DNA from: Gnetum montanum
Lineage: Eukaryota > Plantae > Gnetophyta
Reading direction: 5' to 3'
NCBI GenBank assembly: GCA_015680685.1
Contig: MNCI01000551.1
Span: 97,578 to 161,577, forward strand
DNA: 64,000 nucleotides
The notes beneath the pieces were generated by a model. It searched no databases and was not told the DNA's origin. It saw nothing but the letters and a program-made list of their open reading frames with translations. A program made the translations under genes and the position numbers. Each line of letters begins with the position of its first letter. Positions within the stretch are counted from its first letter, which is position 1. Shown here one piece after another: positions 51,811-64,000 of the stretch.

Positions 51811-52775
51811 AATTATTTTAGTTTCAATACTCACCTCTTATAAAAAAGACTACATTTGAGTTTAAGAAAACATTAAAATTGGTTGAAAGAAAGTCATAAA
51901 ATAAAAAGTTAACCCAATTATCAAGATACCGTAGATGAATCATACTTTAATAACTAATAAAAGTAAATAAAGAAAGGAAATTCATGCAACCAACCCCATA
52001 TTACTAGACAAGATTTTAAAAAAATTGATGATAATATTTTGTTTTGTTTGCACTTATGGGTATGGTGTAGTGATCAAGACATTCATCTCTTAGTGACAAC
52101 TTGTAGATTTTATATATTGATAGTGACCCTAATGCCTTTTCACTTTTTTTTAAAATTATGTTATGTTTTTATATTACTAACGTTTCTTTGAAGAATTTTA
52201 TAATTATAAAATAAAATTGTAACGTGAAATTGAATCTTTATTACATGGAAGATCCTACATGTAGATGAAAAATAAAGATGAGTGTACAAATTGACCAAAT
52301 ACGAATGGGGATAACAAAAATAAATCATACAAGTTTTTTGCTACAACATTATAATGTTGTCTTAAATGGGTAGTCATATACAAAAAAAGAAACACATGAC
52401 CTTCAAGGGCTTTTGACATGCACAAACTACTCTCTTTAAGGGAGTTGAATCCATTTTCTACTTTCAATTAGAAGATAATGTGAACTTAAACAAAGCTTGC
52501 TTATAGCACTTCAATACTTGATTTGTTTAGTAATTGAAAGATAATAAACTTTTGCATCTAGTTTATTATATTTAATGTAATGTAAATACAATTGCTTCTT
52601 ACCTTCTATAGTGAACCACAAATGTGATGTAAATACAATTATTTTTTACCTTTTATATTAAACTATAACAATGTTAAAACATTGCGTGATAGAAAATATA
52701 CTTAAGATTTTGACCACATCCTTTTGAAAAGATATTCCATTTTCTAAACGTTAAACCTTACTAACGTGAAGTTTT

Positions 52776-53179
52776 ACATATCCAGAGTAAACTTTATTAA
52801 CTCCGTTGCAACAGACAGTGGCCCTGCCAATGAGATGATAACTCAATTAATGCTTCCAAAACCAATGTTAACCGAAGAAATTTCAAATTACGGTGGAAGT
52901 GGGCAACAAGTAACACTCCAACGAACATACTTTTCTTACTAAAACCAAACCCTAAATTTGTCCACAATTCCATACATGCCAGGCATACATATCCAGAGTA
53001 AACTTCATAACCAATAAGATGATAACTCAATTAATGCTTCCAGTACCAATGATAATGGAAAAGTACGCAGAAGAAATTTCAAATTATGGTGGAAGTGGGC
53101 AACCGGTAACGCTCCAACGAAAATACGTTTTCTTACTAAAACCAAACCCTAAATTTGTCCACAATTCCATACATGCCAG
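52776..53179. repeat. Tandem duplication of a ~200-bp unit upstream of the CML gene
   Basis: Units 52776-52983 and 52987-53179 both run from ACATATCCAGAGTAAACTT to CCACAATTCCATACATGCCAGG. Confidence 0.9.
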
Positions 53180-53719
53180 GGCATCCACAATGCAATGCCC
53201 ATGCGGAATGGCGATGATGATGACGATGATCATGCTTCATGCATGCGGATAAACAAATGGATCGATGATGGAGACGACGAAGAGGACCAAAAAAAAAAAG
53301 GAAAAAGATAAAGATAGAAATATCAGTCGTATCCGTGTGAATGTCGAAAAAGTTGCAGAGAGACACGACAATAACGTCTCGGCAAGGATAAGCGGCAGCT
53401 TCGGAGAAGCCTCCAACAGTGCTGTGCTTCTGCTGCTAGACTTAGTGCGCCATCAATCACTCGTAATCAATCCTGCTCATTGTGGCGGTAAGCTTCTAGG
53501 GGCTCCCAATAACTTCGGAACCGCAACAATGAAACGCCGTTTCCGTTTCCATTTTCCATTTTCATTGCCAGCTTGTTCCTCGCACCCAACCGAAGCTTCG
53601 TGGCAACTTCGCGCCTACAGAATGTCCCGATCCTATAATTGGCGGACCGTGGACACACACTTGCAACGCGGCCTCGGTTATAGCCTAAGCTTAAGCTTGT
53701 TCAACATTCGGTGGCCGCA

Positions 53720-54331
53720 ATGAAGTTTCTCTCCGAGAAGAACGTGAAGAAGCTCTTTCAGCGCAGCAGCAGCCGTTCAAAATCCAAGGACAAGGGTAAG
53801 TCCAAGTCCGGCGCGAGGCTGTCGGTGTCGGAGTCCTCGAGCTCGTCAACGTTGTCGTATTCGACGCCGCGGAGCGTCCTCCAGACGGAGGAGGAGGAGC
53901 TCCGCGAGGTTTTCAAGGTTTTCGACGTCGACGGCGACGGCCGCATCACGGCGGACGAGCTCGGCTGCGTGCTGAGCCGCCTCGGCGATGATCACACGGC
54001 GGAGGAGCTCGCTGTCATGGTCGCCGCCGCGGACGCCAACGGCGACGGCGCCATTGATCTGCACGAGTTCCTCGCTGTGAATCTGAACGCCGCCTCTCCG
54101 GCCGAGGACGAAGCTGAGGCGGAGCCTCTCATGGATGCGTTTCGCGTTTTCGATTGTGATCGTGACGGTTACATTTCCGCCGAGGAGTTGCACAGCGTTA
54201 TGCGAAGCCTCGGCGATGCGCGTTGCACGCTCGAGGATTGCAGGCGCATGATCGGGCGCGTGGATCAGGACGGCGACGGATTCGTGGATTTTCTGGAATT
54301 TCGGCGCATGATGCTCACGCCGGCGTACTGA
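53720..54331 (+). CDS. CML: Calmodulin-like calcium-binding protein (CML35/CML36 type), 203 aa, intronless
   Basis: GC-rich ORF with four canonical EF-hand loops (DVDGDGRITADE, DANGDGAIDLHE, DCDRDGYISAEE, DQDGDGFVDFLE), a basic/Ser-rich N-terminus with TPRSVL, and LGDARCTLEDCRRMI. TATA-like CCTATAAT near 53633. Confidence 0.96.
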   Translation: MKFLSEKNVKKLFQRSSSRSKSKDKGKSKSGARLSVSESSSSSTLSYSTPRSVLQTEEEELREVFKVFDVDGDGRITADELGCVLSRLGDDHTAEELAVMVAAADANGDGAIDLHEFLAVNLNAASPAEDEAEAEPLMDAFRVFDCDRDGYISAEELHSVMRSLGDARCTLEDCRRMIGRVDQDGDGFVDFLEFRRMMLTPAY

Positions 54332-57290
54332 GCCGATGCCGCTTCGGCGCCGTTGCTGCCGAAACGGATGAATCAGGGAAAACGTTCGGAACCGTAAACT
54401 AGGGTTTCTTCAAATACAAAACCGAGATCATCATCGTCGTCGTCGTCGTCGTCATGGTCGTCTTCCGAATAGCGTAAGATACACACAAGCTACGAAAAAA
54501 TCGTCGTTCCCTGTTTTGGCCTGTAAATTGGTGCTTTGCTGGCTTGCTTGCTACCTACCGTAAGAAATCCTTTCCGCGTGAAGATCTTTTGGCTTTTCAA
54601 GGTTTAGAACGAGCTGTTTGGTGTCAAAACTATGATAGCAACAAAAAATCCGTGTGTCGCTTAGTCATGTCGTGTAATGGCAGCTGAAATGCTTTTGTGC
54701 ATAGGAACCTTGCAATAGACAAGTTTGAGGAGTGGAGTTGGATTTAATGAAAGCTGCAACTCTCGACACAGGAAAGCGCTCTGGCCTGTTCCAAAACAGG
54801 CACGGCAGATGGTGAAATGAAACATGTCGTAAGCTCTTCATTGATCTCCATGGAAGCATGGGGTAAAATTTCGTATTTGAACTGTATCAGCTATTTGGGT
54901 TTAAACTGGAAAAATTAATACGCCAAATCCTGCGAAACTATTACGTTAGCGAAGTTTTATGCTTGCGAAACTATTACGCCATGGAAGTTTTATATATAGA
55001 ATGTATTCAATGTGCAGGAGGCATCGATGCTTGCAGCCATTTTTATTATGTTTGGTATCCCCTTTCATTCTCGTCTGGCAGCATCACACTACATTCTTAC
55101 TGATTCCTGACACACCAATTTCGAACTCATCAATTCACTTATTCGTGCATTCTAAGAGCATAAAAAAATGGGGAAATATTGTAGGTAAGTTAGCCTCCGA
55201 AGGCCCCGGTAACCGATTTTTAAAGAGTTTCAACTGATAAAGGTTTTTAATTTTGTTAAAGCATGCTGTGATCATCACGTAATGTTCTCTCTCAGGCATT
55301 GTTAGCTTTTGGACTCAGAGGCCTCGTCGTGTCATCCATTTGCTTCCACGAACATCTCGTTTCATATCATCACCTGTCCAATTAAGGAATATTTATGATG
55401 GTGATGGCCTTCTTTTGAACGTTGACGACGTGAAAACCCTATGAGCAGGCCTTTTTTTTTATGGTATTGGGATATTGAAACCTGAAATAATATAGCTATA
55501 TCTTAATATATGGCCGAATTAGAATTTTATAACGAACTTGAATCTATGACTTAAGTTTTCTTTTTTTAATTCTTATAACTTGAATTCATGATTTAGAGTT
55601 TTCTTTTGGAATCTATGATTTAGAGTTTTCTTTTCGAAGAACTAACACCTAATTTTTAACTTCATTCTTTCACATTTTTCAAAAAAAATATGATGGAAAT
55701 AAAGATCTCAATGCAATGACTATGCAAATTGTCACTTGATCTTGAATTCAACGTTTTCACTCTTCATTTATTACCCTTATTTGATAATTTTGATCGCAAA
55801 AAGTTCCGGCGGATGAATGCGAATCACATATTTTGATTAGTTTTAGCTTAGCTAATGAAACTGAAACGTTTTTTAGTGTTCGCACCGTTAGAAAAGTTTT
55901 GTAACAGGGTAATTACTGAGTTAAAAATGCTGATTGGATTGTAATGGTATCCAGTAACTTTCATAGAAGCTCATACCTAGCTTTACATGGGTTATAGTCG
56001 TTCATGTAAACCGACTGGACGTTCGCTGATCAAAAGAGGCTTTCATTGCGTTTTCTAATTTTTCCTCTGCATTATTCCCATTTCAATTTCAGAACAGAGC
56101 ATCAGAATTCCCAGTCTCGACGTCAACGCCAGATGCCAATCCTGTTGCTGAGCCACCCGGTGCTGCGTGTCTGGGACGTTGGGAAAGCGAAACGTATACA
56201 AACATGACGGTTGCCAAAGCAATTTCGTGTCGAAAGCGTACCCATTTATTTAAGCTCTGCTACCGACGCTTGGCTCACAGGCCCCAAAGAGGGCCCAAAT
56301 TCAGGAAAAAGAGGAATCCATTGAAAATGTCAAAGGAAATCCAGTTGTGCTCTGCCTTGGCTTAAACACTGGAATGGCGGTGAGTAGGGCTTTGTTTTCG
56401 TAGCTGATTATGTTCCTGTGTTACATTTGGTGCTTTCTCCTCTGCTCAGCTGAGCTGAATCAGAGAATTCTTTGGACGAGCATTTGCAGGGCTGTTTGTA
56501 ATGCAATCACATGCACTGTAATTCCTAGTTTCATTAATGACTGTTTATCCGTAATGTTGCTGTTTATGATCTTGTTATTTTTAGATGCGGAATCTATTCA
56601 ATTTTAGCAAATTTGTTACCAGGCATTTTTTATATGCATTTTGTTATATATTGATTTACTTACTAATTTTAGGCAGTGAGATGTCTAAAACGAGAATTTT
56701 CAGCATGATCTTGACAACTCAGAAGCTTTATCTGCAGGCTGGATCTTATCACCATCACGACGGAAATAATGTAGCTGGCAACAACAGCACGCCCAAGTGC
56801 TCCAATTCGATTCGACCTCTAATAATGGTTGATATATTTCCTTATAGGTAGATTTTTTTTTTCCAAAGGAGAAGGCGGTTGTATTATATTAACCAAACCA
56901 GCAATACCATTTAGAATATTTGAATCAAAACGGTTAAATTATCTTGCCGGTTCCTAGTAACAGCCGTTGTATGATCTACCATCGGACTATAACCAAGTTA
57001 GTAAGGTTCTACCCTCAACTTGACGTCAGGTTCACAGGTATTGGAAACGCTGGACACAGAAAGAGCTCTGCCCTTGACTTGGATTCGGATTTTGGATGTT
57101 GGTGGATTAACCATTTAAGATTGTGCAGCATACTAAAAGGCTCATAAATAGTATCTTATTTTCCTGGAAAAGGTTAAAATTTGAAATTACTTGAATATAT
57201 TAGGGACCATCCATGATGGTGATGGTAAAGTGCTTGTTTTTTAAGAAGTAACTCGTTGGGGAGTGGAACGCTAGGGTCATGACTTGGATT

Positions 57291-57697
57291 TGAACCTGAA
57301 AAAGTTAAGCTTTCAATTATCTATAGATCTTTGATGGATAAACTACTTTAAAAAGGTTAGGTTTTTAGGTTTTCATTCATCTACCAATCCTTGAACCTAA
57401 AATGGTTAAGCTTTTGATTATCTATGCATCTTTGATGGATGGATAAGTTACTTAAAAAAGGTTAGATTTTCTTTCATCTACTGTTCTTAAAACTAAAAAA
57501 AGGTTAAGCTTTTGATCACCTATAGATCTTTGATGAATTAAAACTAAAAAAAGGTTAAGCTTTTGATCACCTATAGATCTTTGATGAATAAATACTTAAA
57601 AAAGATTAAGCTTTCTGAAAAGGTTAAGCTTTCATCTATGGATCTTTGATAAAAAAGACAAACACTTCAAAAAGGTTAGGTTTTTATTCATCTACCG
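57291..57697. repeat. Minisatellite of ~50-bp subunits in a ~100-bp higher-order unit
   Basis: Alternating AAAAGGTTAAGCTTTTGAT..CTATAGATCTTTGATG and AAAAGGTTAG.TTTT..TTCATCTAC units. Confidence 0.85.
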
Positions 57698-59040
57698 ATG
57701 TCTCCGAGGCAAAGACATCACCTTGATAAATGAGCAAGACCTTGCCTTAACAAATTAGCAATGAACCTAGAAAATAAAAATTCACTTCACTCTTTCAGGT
57801 GTGATTATAATTATCCAGAAAATCAAACACAAAGCCTACGTATATGCTCCGAATGACAAACATTTTAGGGTATTAAAACCGAATATCTTTGTTCCAGCGG
57901 TGCACTGAACACAAAGCCTACAGAGACCCAAGAATATTTTTGAGCGTATCAGAACCGAAACAATTTCACTACAGACAATCTAAAATAAGTTAATAATATA
58001 TTATAATCGAGAAAATTATAAAAAATACAACGATCTCTCAAACGATCTCTTATCAACGCTTTATGACTATAACCTGAAATGACATCTAATATTTAGTGCC
58101 ATAATCTGAACCACTAATACTGAACACCAAATATTCTCTACTCTCTATTTTCACGTACGGCCAATGCGAAGTTGCAAGTTAACACTTTGTATTCACACTG
58201 AATTGTGAAAAACACTTTTAACGTTTTATCTGCCGGTAAATGGAAAAGTTTAAAACATTGTTCCAACTAGCAGGCAGACAATACTTATTAACACACCAAT
58301 TATGAATTAATTTTTCGAAATCTTTTGCCGTCTGCACCAGGAAATCGTCAGCATGTGCGTGAAGGCCAACCTGTGCTATGACTAAGCTAAGCTAATCACC
58401 AGCACCACCACCACACAATTGAACAGAGATCATGATGTTCCTCCGCCTACAATAATACCAAGGTGCAACATTTTCAAAGACGAAATGATTCGCAATGAAA
58501 GAGTTCAGAAACCCAATCGTATACCAAAATTTGGAAACTAATATTTTTTTCATCAAATATTTTTAGGATCCTTGTACCTTCAATTTCCACCTAAAACAGT
58601 AAATTTTCCATTAAATCCGGCTCAAACCTTAAAACTTAACATTTATACTTAGAAAATGACATTTAACAAATGGTTCAGATCATAATCAGAGTGAACCATA
58701 CATCACATCCATCATTTCATTTCGATGCACTTGACACCGAATTTGGAACCTCTAAAATATGCAAATTATCATGTGAACTTTAATCTCAGCCACCATGAAA
58801 ACATTTTCTGGAGGGATCAAGGAAACAAAGTGTCGAGATTTAACCCAATCCGTTGTCCTAAATGGAGAAGTCATGATATGAATTTATGGTACTCGTAAAA
58901 AACAAACAAATGATATTTTAATTGGCTTTGGATCCTGTGGATCCTTTATTTTTAAAATACACTCTGTGAAAAAAATGTGAAAATGGTCACCTAAGTTAGT
59001 ATATGATACAAACGTTTAGAAGTTCACGGTTCCGTGCCAC

Positions 59041-62000
59041 TTATCCTCCTAGAGTCTTTATAAGAGAACTAATGATGCTTTGCAGGGCGGATGCACTCCA
59101 TTTGCAGTTCACATCTTTAAAACAGGAACGGCCCTGTTCAGCTGCACTACTCAGTTCTGGATCCATCGGAATTTTCCCTAAAAATGGAACATGCATATCT
59201 TTTGCCATTTTATTTGCACCACCTCCAGTGGGGGGGAAAATTTCAGCACATGCACAGATAGAACTCAATGTTGGACAATGCAACTGGATGCTCTTCAAAA
59301 TCTCCTGGGTAATATCTTGCTCTTCTCCATTATCACTCACCTTCTTGAAAGCCAGTTTTGAAAGAGGCAGTTGAAAACCACTCATATTCTCTACAACACC
59401 TAAAATAGGGATTCCGACCTTCTTGCAAAAATTTATTTCCTTTTTCACATCAATAATAGAAACCTCTTGTGGTGTTGTGACAATTACTGCACCATCTACA
59501 TCAGTTGCCTTCAAGTATTGCACGATAGAAATATGCTCATCGGATGTCCCTGGTGGAGCATCAACAATCAAAAAATCTAACTCTCCCCAGTAAACATCTT
59601 TCAAGAATTGTTTGATAAGACCATTTTTGCGAGGACCTCTCCAAATGACAGCTTCATCTGGGTTAGGAAGCATGAAGCCAATGGACATCACACCTAGATT
59701 GTCTTCAACATAGACAGGTGACCATCCAAGATTACTCTGATGTATCTCTTGACCTTCTAACCCAAGCATTTTTGGAATACTCGGGCCACAAATATCAATA
59801 TCCAGCAATCCAACCTGCTTATCCATTTCTGCTAAAGCAAATGCTAGCTGTGCAGAAAATGTACTTTTACCAACCCCTCCTTTCCCAGACAAGACCAAGA
59901 TTTTATGTTTTACCGTAACCATGCGTTCTGCTATAGCAACTAAATCTGTAATAAAATAAAACAAAACAAAATTAATTCTCATATTATCTTTCCAAAATTG
60001 GTCTGTGCAAATGCAAGAGGTCTGGGAAAACTGATCGGAAACAAATTATTGTTTATTGACTATCTAAACCGGTGAACTGCACATCTATTAATCTGCAAAA
60101 GTAGTACTTCGCACATGCAAATAACTAATAAAGTTCCTTTTGGGTAAATGATAACAAATATCTGACGTATGAAATGCTGTGCATCATCAACCACCCCATG
60201 CTAAAGGACAGTTGCCAACCACATCAATGTGGTTGCACCATTGAAAAAAATAAGGAGAATAATAAAATGAGGTGTATTACAAACTTAAATCACTTCAAAT
60301 AAAATCACATTATACCTACAGTGTTCAGATTCTAGTGTGACTCATAATGTTATGACAAACTCATGCTCCGAAAATTCTAAGTCACGAATTCACATGGCAT
60401 CAACGTTATGGGCACTAAACAATCCACTCACGGTCTATTTTCACCTTAACAGATTTCTAGTTCAAGAAAGAACGTTACATTTTGTTGATAAGAAGAATTC
60501 CAGAAGTCACATACAGTTCCAGTATTATTTATACCATAAGGGCCTGTCTGGTTGAGTGAATCTGCAAATCTTGAATTGCAGGAGATGTTGCATTGAAAAG
60601 ATTATGAACCCTATGAGATTACTCCTTTGAAATGAAATCCAGACAGAACCCAAAAGCAACAGAAATGGGTACATTTGGTGGGTCCAGCTAGAATGCCATG
60701 ATTCATCCAACAGAACCCAACCAAACCTAACAAATTTTCAGTCTGAGAAACAGAATCTACAGATTTAGCATGCAAAGACTCGTGTAACGAAACACAACCT
60801 AAAGGATTTACCTGACACGAGACTTTGCTCAAAAAACTATCACTACATACATGAAGTATTCACCAGCTTGACAAGGTACATGCTCTTGTAGTTGAGACAT
60901 TAGGAGGTGCAATGCAATGACATGTTCTGCTGTTGATTGGAAACAGTAGATCTCATCTTTATGCGCCTCCTTTTGCTGATAGCAAAAAGGATCATTTGCT
61001 AGATTCACTCGGTGCAGCAGCATTTTTCCCTCCAACTAGAGATGACTTACTCAGTAATGGACTAACGTTTGTAACGTATTATATCTTATATAGATGCCAA
61101 AACCAGCTACTAAGTTCTTCACATCTCGCTGCACATATCTTGAACATGTTATTTAAAATGAGTGGGCTTCATGTTAAAGAATGATACGCAATCAAACAAT
61201 GATAAATTTTAATTGAAATGTGAAAATTTCCCCACTTTTGTTGTTTTATACGCATATGTTCTCAATTTTTCCCAACTCCAAATTTCTTCCATGGAGAAAC
61301 CCATAGGTTAGAAATACATACAAAATGGGTAAAACTGGAACGTTCTTGCACTACTGTTTACTAATGAATACAACACGTATTAATAATTAAACCATTATAC
61401 TGTTTTTTAAAGAGTATTCATGCCTTCTAATACATTAAAAATAATTAGGGACTATAATCCGGAGCAAAATAGGGATAACGTTTTAGCAAGGATGATAGAG
61501 CACAAGGAGGTATAATATATCATCTAGGTTCCCATATTTGCTCAAGGAAAATCTGTCTGTGAGTTGGATGTCCTCTTGGCTTCAAACAAAAATCTAGCTT
61601 TCGTTGGTGGAAAAAACTTAAGGTTACTCGGTTGGTTGAAAGCTATTAATGATAATAGGAATTCACTCTTCTTGCTGATCGGTCCTTGGAGACTTTGGTT
61701 CATTTTTTACATCCTAGGTTTTTTTTAACCACATCTGGCTCAATGTAGCATTCAGATTGAATGATTTCGTTTCATATGATAAAACTCTTGATAATGTAGG
61801 AGATGCACGTTAATTACTGATAAAGCCACCATAACTAATAACAGAAGCTTAAAATATCTTATTCTCAAATTCGAGTATCCTAAACTTGTTCAACATCTTC
61901 CCAAGTTTCTTCTAGGAAGGTTGGCTATTCTGAGCCCAATTAGACTTTTTGCCAACTATTCACATAATCATCATTATGATGCCTTTATCCTATCAATATC

Positions 62001-63143
62001 GGCTAACCTGCTAAGGTAGGCAAAGGATTTTACATTTTGTATTGCTGGCTATCCATATGACACCATAGTCAAAACGTATTAAATGCCTCCAAGTTAGCAC
62101 AAGTTTCAGCATACAGCCACACACCTTGGAATCAATCATGCAACTTGCAAACCATAAGCCCCAAACACCAACTTAAACCATCACCTAATATTAACACACA
62201 GAATCAAGAACAAATCTAACAACACGGACACAATCTCCATAACTTGCACATGCCTCACGTAATATTAACACACAAAATCAAGAACCAGAACAATCTCGAT
62301 AACTTGAACGATCATAAAAGGTTGTAAAAGTTTTGTCTGCCAAAACACCGTATGTCCTACGATACTTTTCAAGTAGTCCATCTAAGCAATAACAGGATCC
62401 TAACTTCACAAAAGAACTTTAAGTGAAGGCAGCAGAGCCGTTAGGAAATAGAAAGCGTAAAAGCAGCTCAAAAATGAAAGGCTAAACTTTCACCAATACC
62501 TACACAAAAGACTACCTAAGAACCCCTTAACGCGACCACCGTAAGTTCGAGAACTTTCTCACTGTGTTCAAAATACAAGGTACTAACGAAAATGCATAAT
62601 ATCATTTTAAAAATACAGGTTATGACGTTTCTCTGCATACATCACCGTCCCTGTAATGTCTGCCATGGATTTTTCAGTTCAAAACTCGTATACATTTGAG
62701 ATTAAGATTGACACATAAGGAAAAATAAATAAAAATTAAAAAGTACAACAAAACAATATTTGTTAATCACATACGAAAACGCAAAGAAAACGTGGTCATC
62801 GAAATTAAACGACCAAGAAAAGGAAAAAGTTGAAAATAATGACCAGGATCGGGGCCTTTAGGAGCGGTAGCACAAATTTGCTGGTTAGGGCATCCCTGGC
62901 ATGCATCCGCTTTGCCAGCGGATTCCGCCTGCGGCCCTGGACAATCTGAAACATCATCCAAACATTCGAAAATTAGTTCATTCATTCAAACCTTCGCCGT
63001 ACGTAGAATGCATAAAATGCAATGAAATATCAAACACGTTCAAAACAAACACGAAGCATACGTTCATTTGCATTCTCTGGAATTTCTCCTTGAGGAAGAT
63101 CAGCGACATCACCGTATGACGCGTGATTGGTTTTAGAAGCCAT
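59041..63143 (-). CDS. NBP35: Cytosolic Fe-S cluster assembly factor NBP35, 362 aa. Exons: 63062-63143, 62844-62945, 59041-59945.
   Basis: GT-AG splicing gives a 1089-nt ORF: MASKT...[33 protein letters not shown] (CX13CX2CX5C), P-loop [49 protein letters not shown]. Confidence 0.97.
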
Positions 63144-63502
63144 GGCCAACAAAACAAACAACGACTACGATCGTTGGTTGCTTCTCTGCGATGCTACCAA
63201 ACGTAAAAAACCCTTAGTAGCCCTAACAAGCTTTTACCAGACCGGAATTTAAGACGTGTAGCTTTTCTTCGTTTTTGTTACTCTCTCTCTCTAATTAATG
63301 ATGGTTTCGAAACTCGTACAACATATTATCTTTTTTTTTAACATTCCAATAGAATTAGCAAATGAGATAGGCGGTCCTTAGCCAAAACCTCGTGTACACC
63401 TTGGGTACTTCAAAACATGGGTTGAATAAAGAGTTAATAATAAATGATCATTTTGCTTTGTAATAGCTTAAGTTTTACAAATTCAACAATATCAATTTCA
63501 AT

Positions 63503-63640
63503 AATGAGGTATTAGCTTAGTGTTACGGGTCTTAGCTTAGTAACCCCAGATCATAGGTTTGATTCTTCTATGTAGCATTGAGTTATAAATTTTTATAAAT
63601 CTTGGGGTGTACTTATGTTTCAATTATTTTGGGTTCTAAC
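63503..63640 (+). mobile_element. SINE family A
   Basis: GAGGTATTAGCTTAGTG head, GGTTTGATTC B-box and family body. Confidence 0.65.
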
Positions 63641-63802
63641 AATAATACCATTATCATCATTTTGTTTGGTTATATGAGTTCTTTTACCCCACATGTTTCT
63701 ATTAATTCTTAAATTTTAAATGTCTTTTTTAATGCAAGCATACGAAGTATGCTTTGATGTATCTTTTTGTTACAGGTGTTGGAACTAAGAACCTTTTTTT
63801 AA

Positions 63803-63922
63803 CAATGAGGTGTTAGCCTAGTGGGTAGAGTCTTTATTTGAAAGCTCCAAGTCATGGGTTGCTAAGTTATAAAGTTATAATTGGACTATATTACAATTAT
63901 TTTCGGGTTCCAACATCCTTCC
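63803..63922 (+). mobile_element. SINE family A, with an LTR inserted at its tail
   Basis: GAGGTGTTAGCCTAGTGG head and tail CGGGTTCCAACATCCTTCC. Confidence 0.65.
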
Positions 63923-64000
63923 TAATGAGACGCGAATTGCACAAGCTGCGATATCGCGTACGCGATATCGCGGTTCGCTGCCATATCTATAAATAAGAGG
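63923..64000 (+). mobile_element. 5' end of another Athila-type LTR, running off the window
   Basis: TAATGAG start (a variant of TGATGAG), GCGATATCGCG palindromes and CTATAAATAAGAGG, as in the LTRs at 11639, 21550 and 43601. Confidence 0.8.

Noticed and set aside
53265-53723. 152-aa ORF overlapping the CML start codon (possible uORF)
   Set aside because: It has no recognisable motifs, and all its ATGs lie upstream of the likely TATA box at ~53633, so it is probably outside the transcript.
53758-54193. Antisense ORFs within the CML gene
   Set aside because: Expected shadow frames of a GC-rich coding sequence.
57291-57697. CRISPR-like reading of the periodic repeats
   Set aside because: Eukaryotic context, no unique spacers and no cas genes. 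It is a minisatellite.

Overview
AT-rich land-plant nuclear DNA; the lineage cannot be fixed from sequence. There are three host genes. (1) The 5' part of a MYST-family histone acetyltransferase gene (minus strand, five exons from about 10.3 kb to 2.8 kb, continuing off the left edge) is atypical: no chromo-barrel exon is visible and the MYST domain carries a ~30-aa insertion. (2) An intronless four-EF-hand calmodulin-like gene of the CML35/36 type (53720-54331, +). (3) A complete three-exon NBP35 gene (63143-59041, -). The intergenic space is mostly transposon-derived. A 15.8-kb Athila-type Ty3/gypsy element (12822-28622, TSD ATTTT) carries a nested non-autonomous relative that lacks RT/RH/INT (15430-22349). 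Also present are two TSD-flanked solo LTRs and further LTR pieces of the same group, an L1-clade LINE, an RTE LINE remnant, two tRNA-derived SINE families, a hAT MITE and a copia gag remnant. Signals not explained by these features include: an LTR hairpin that sequesters AATAAA in every full-enough copy, swapped U3 repeat arrays, conserved structural and splice elements in the Athila 3' region, a duplicated 1.8-kb CpG-retaining non-coding unit, ACGT/RY motif islands, and a possible small spliced gene at 56.4-56.9 kb. I found no clear-cut new multi-gene system.
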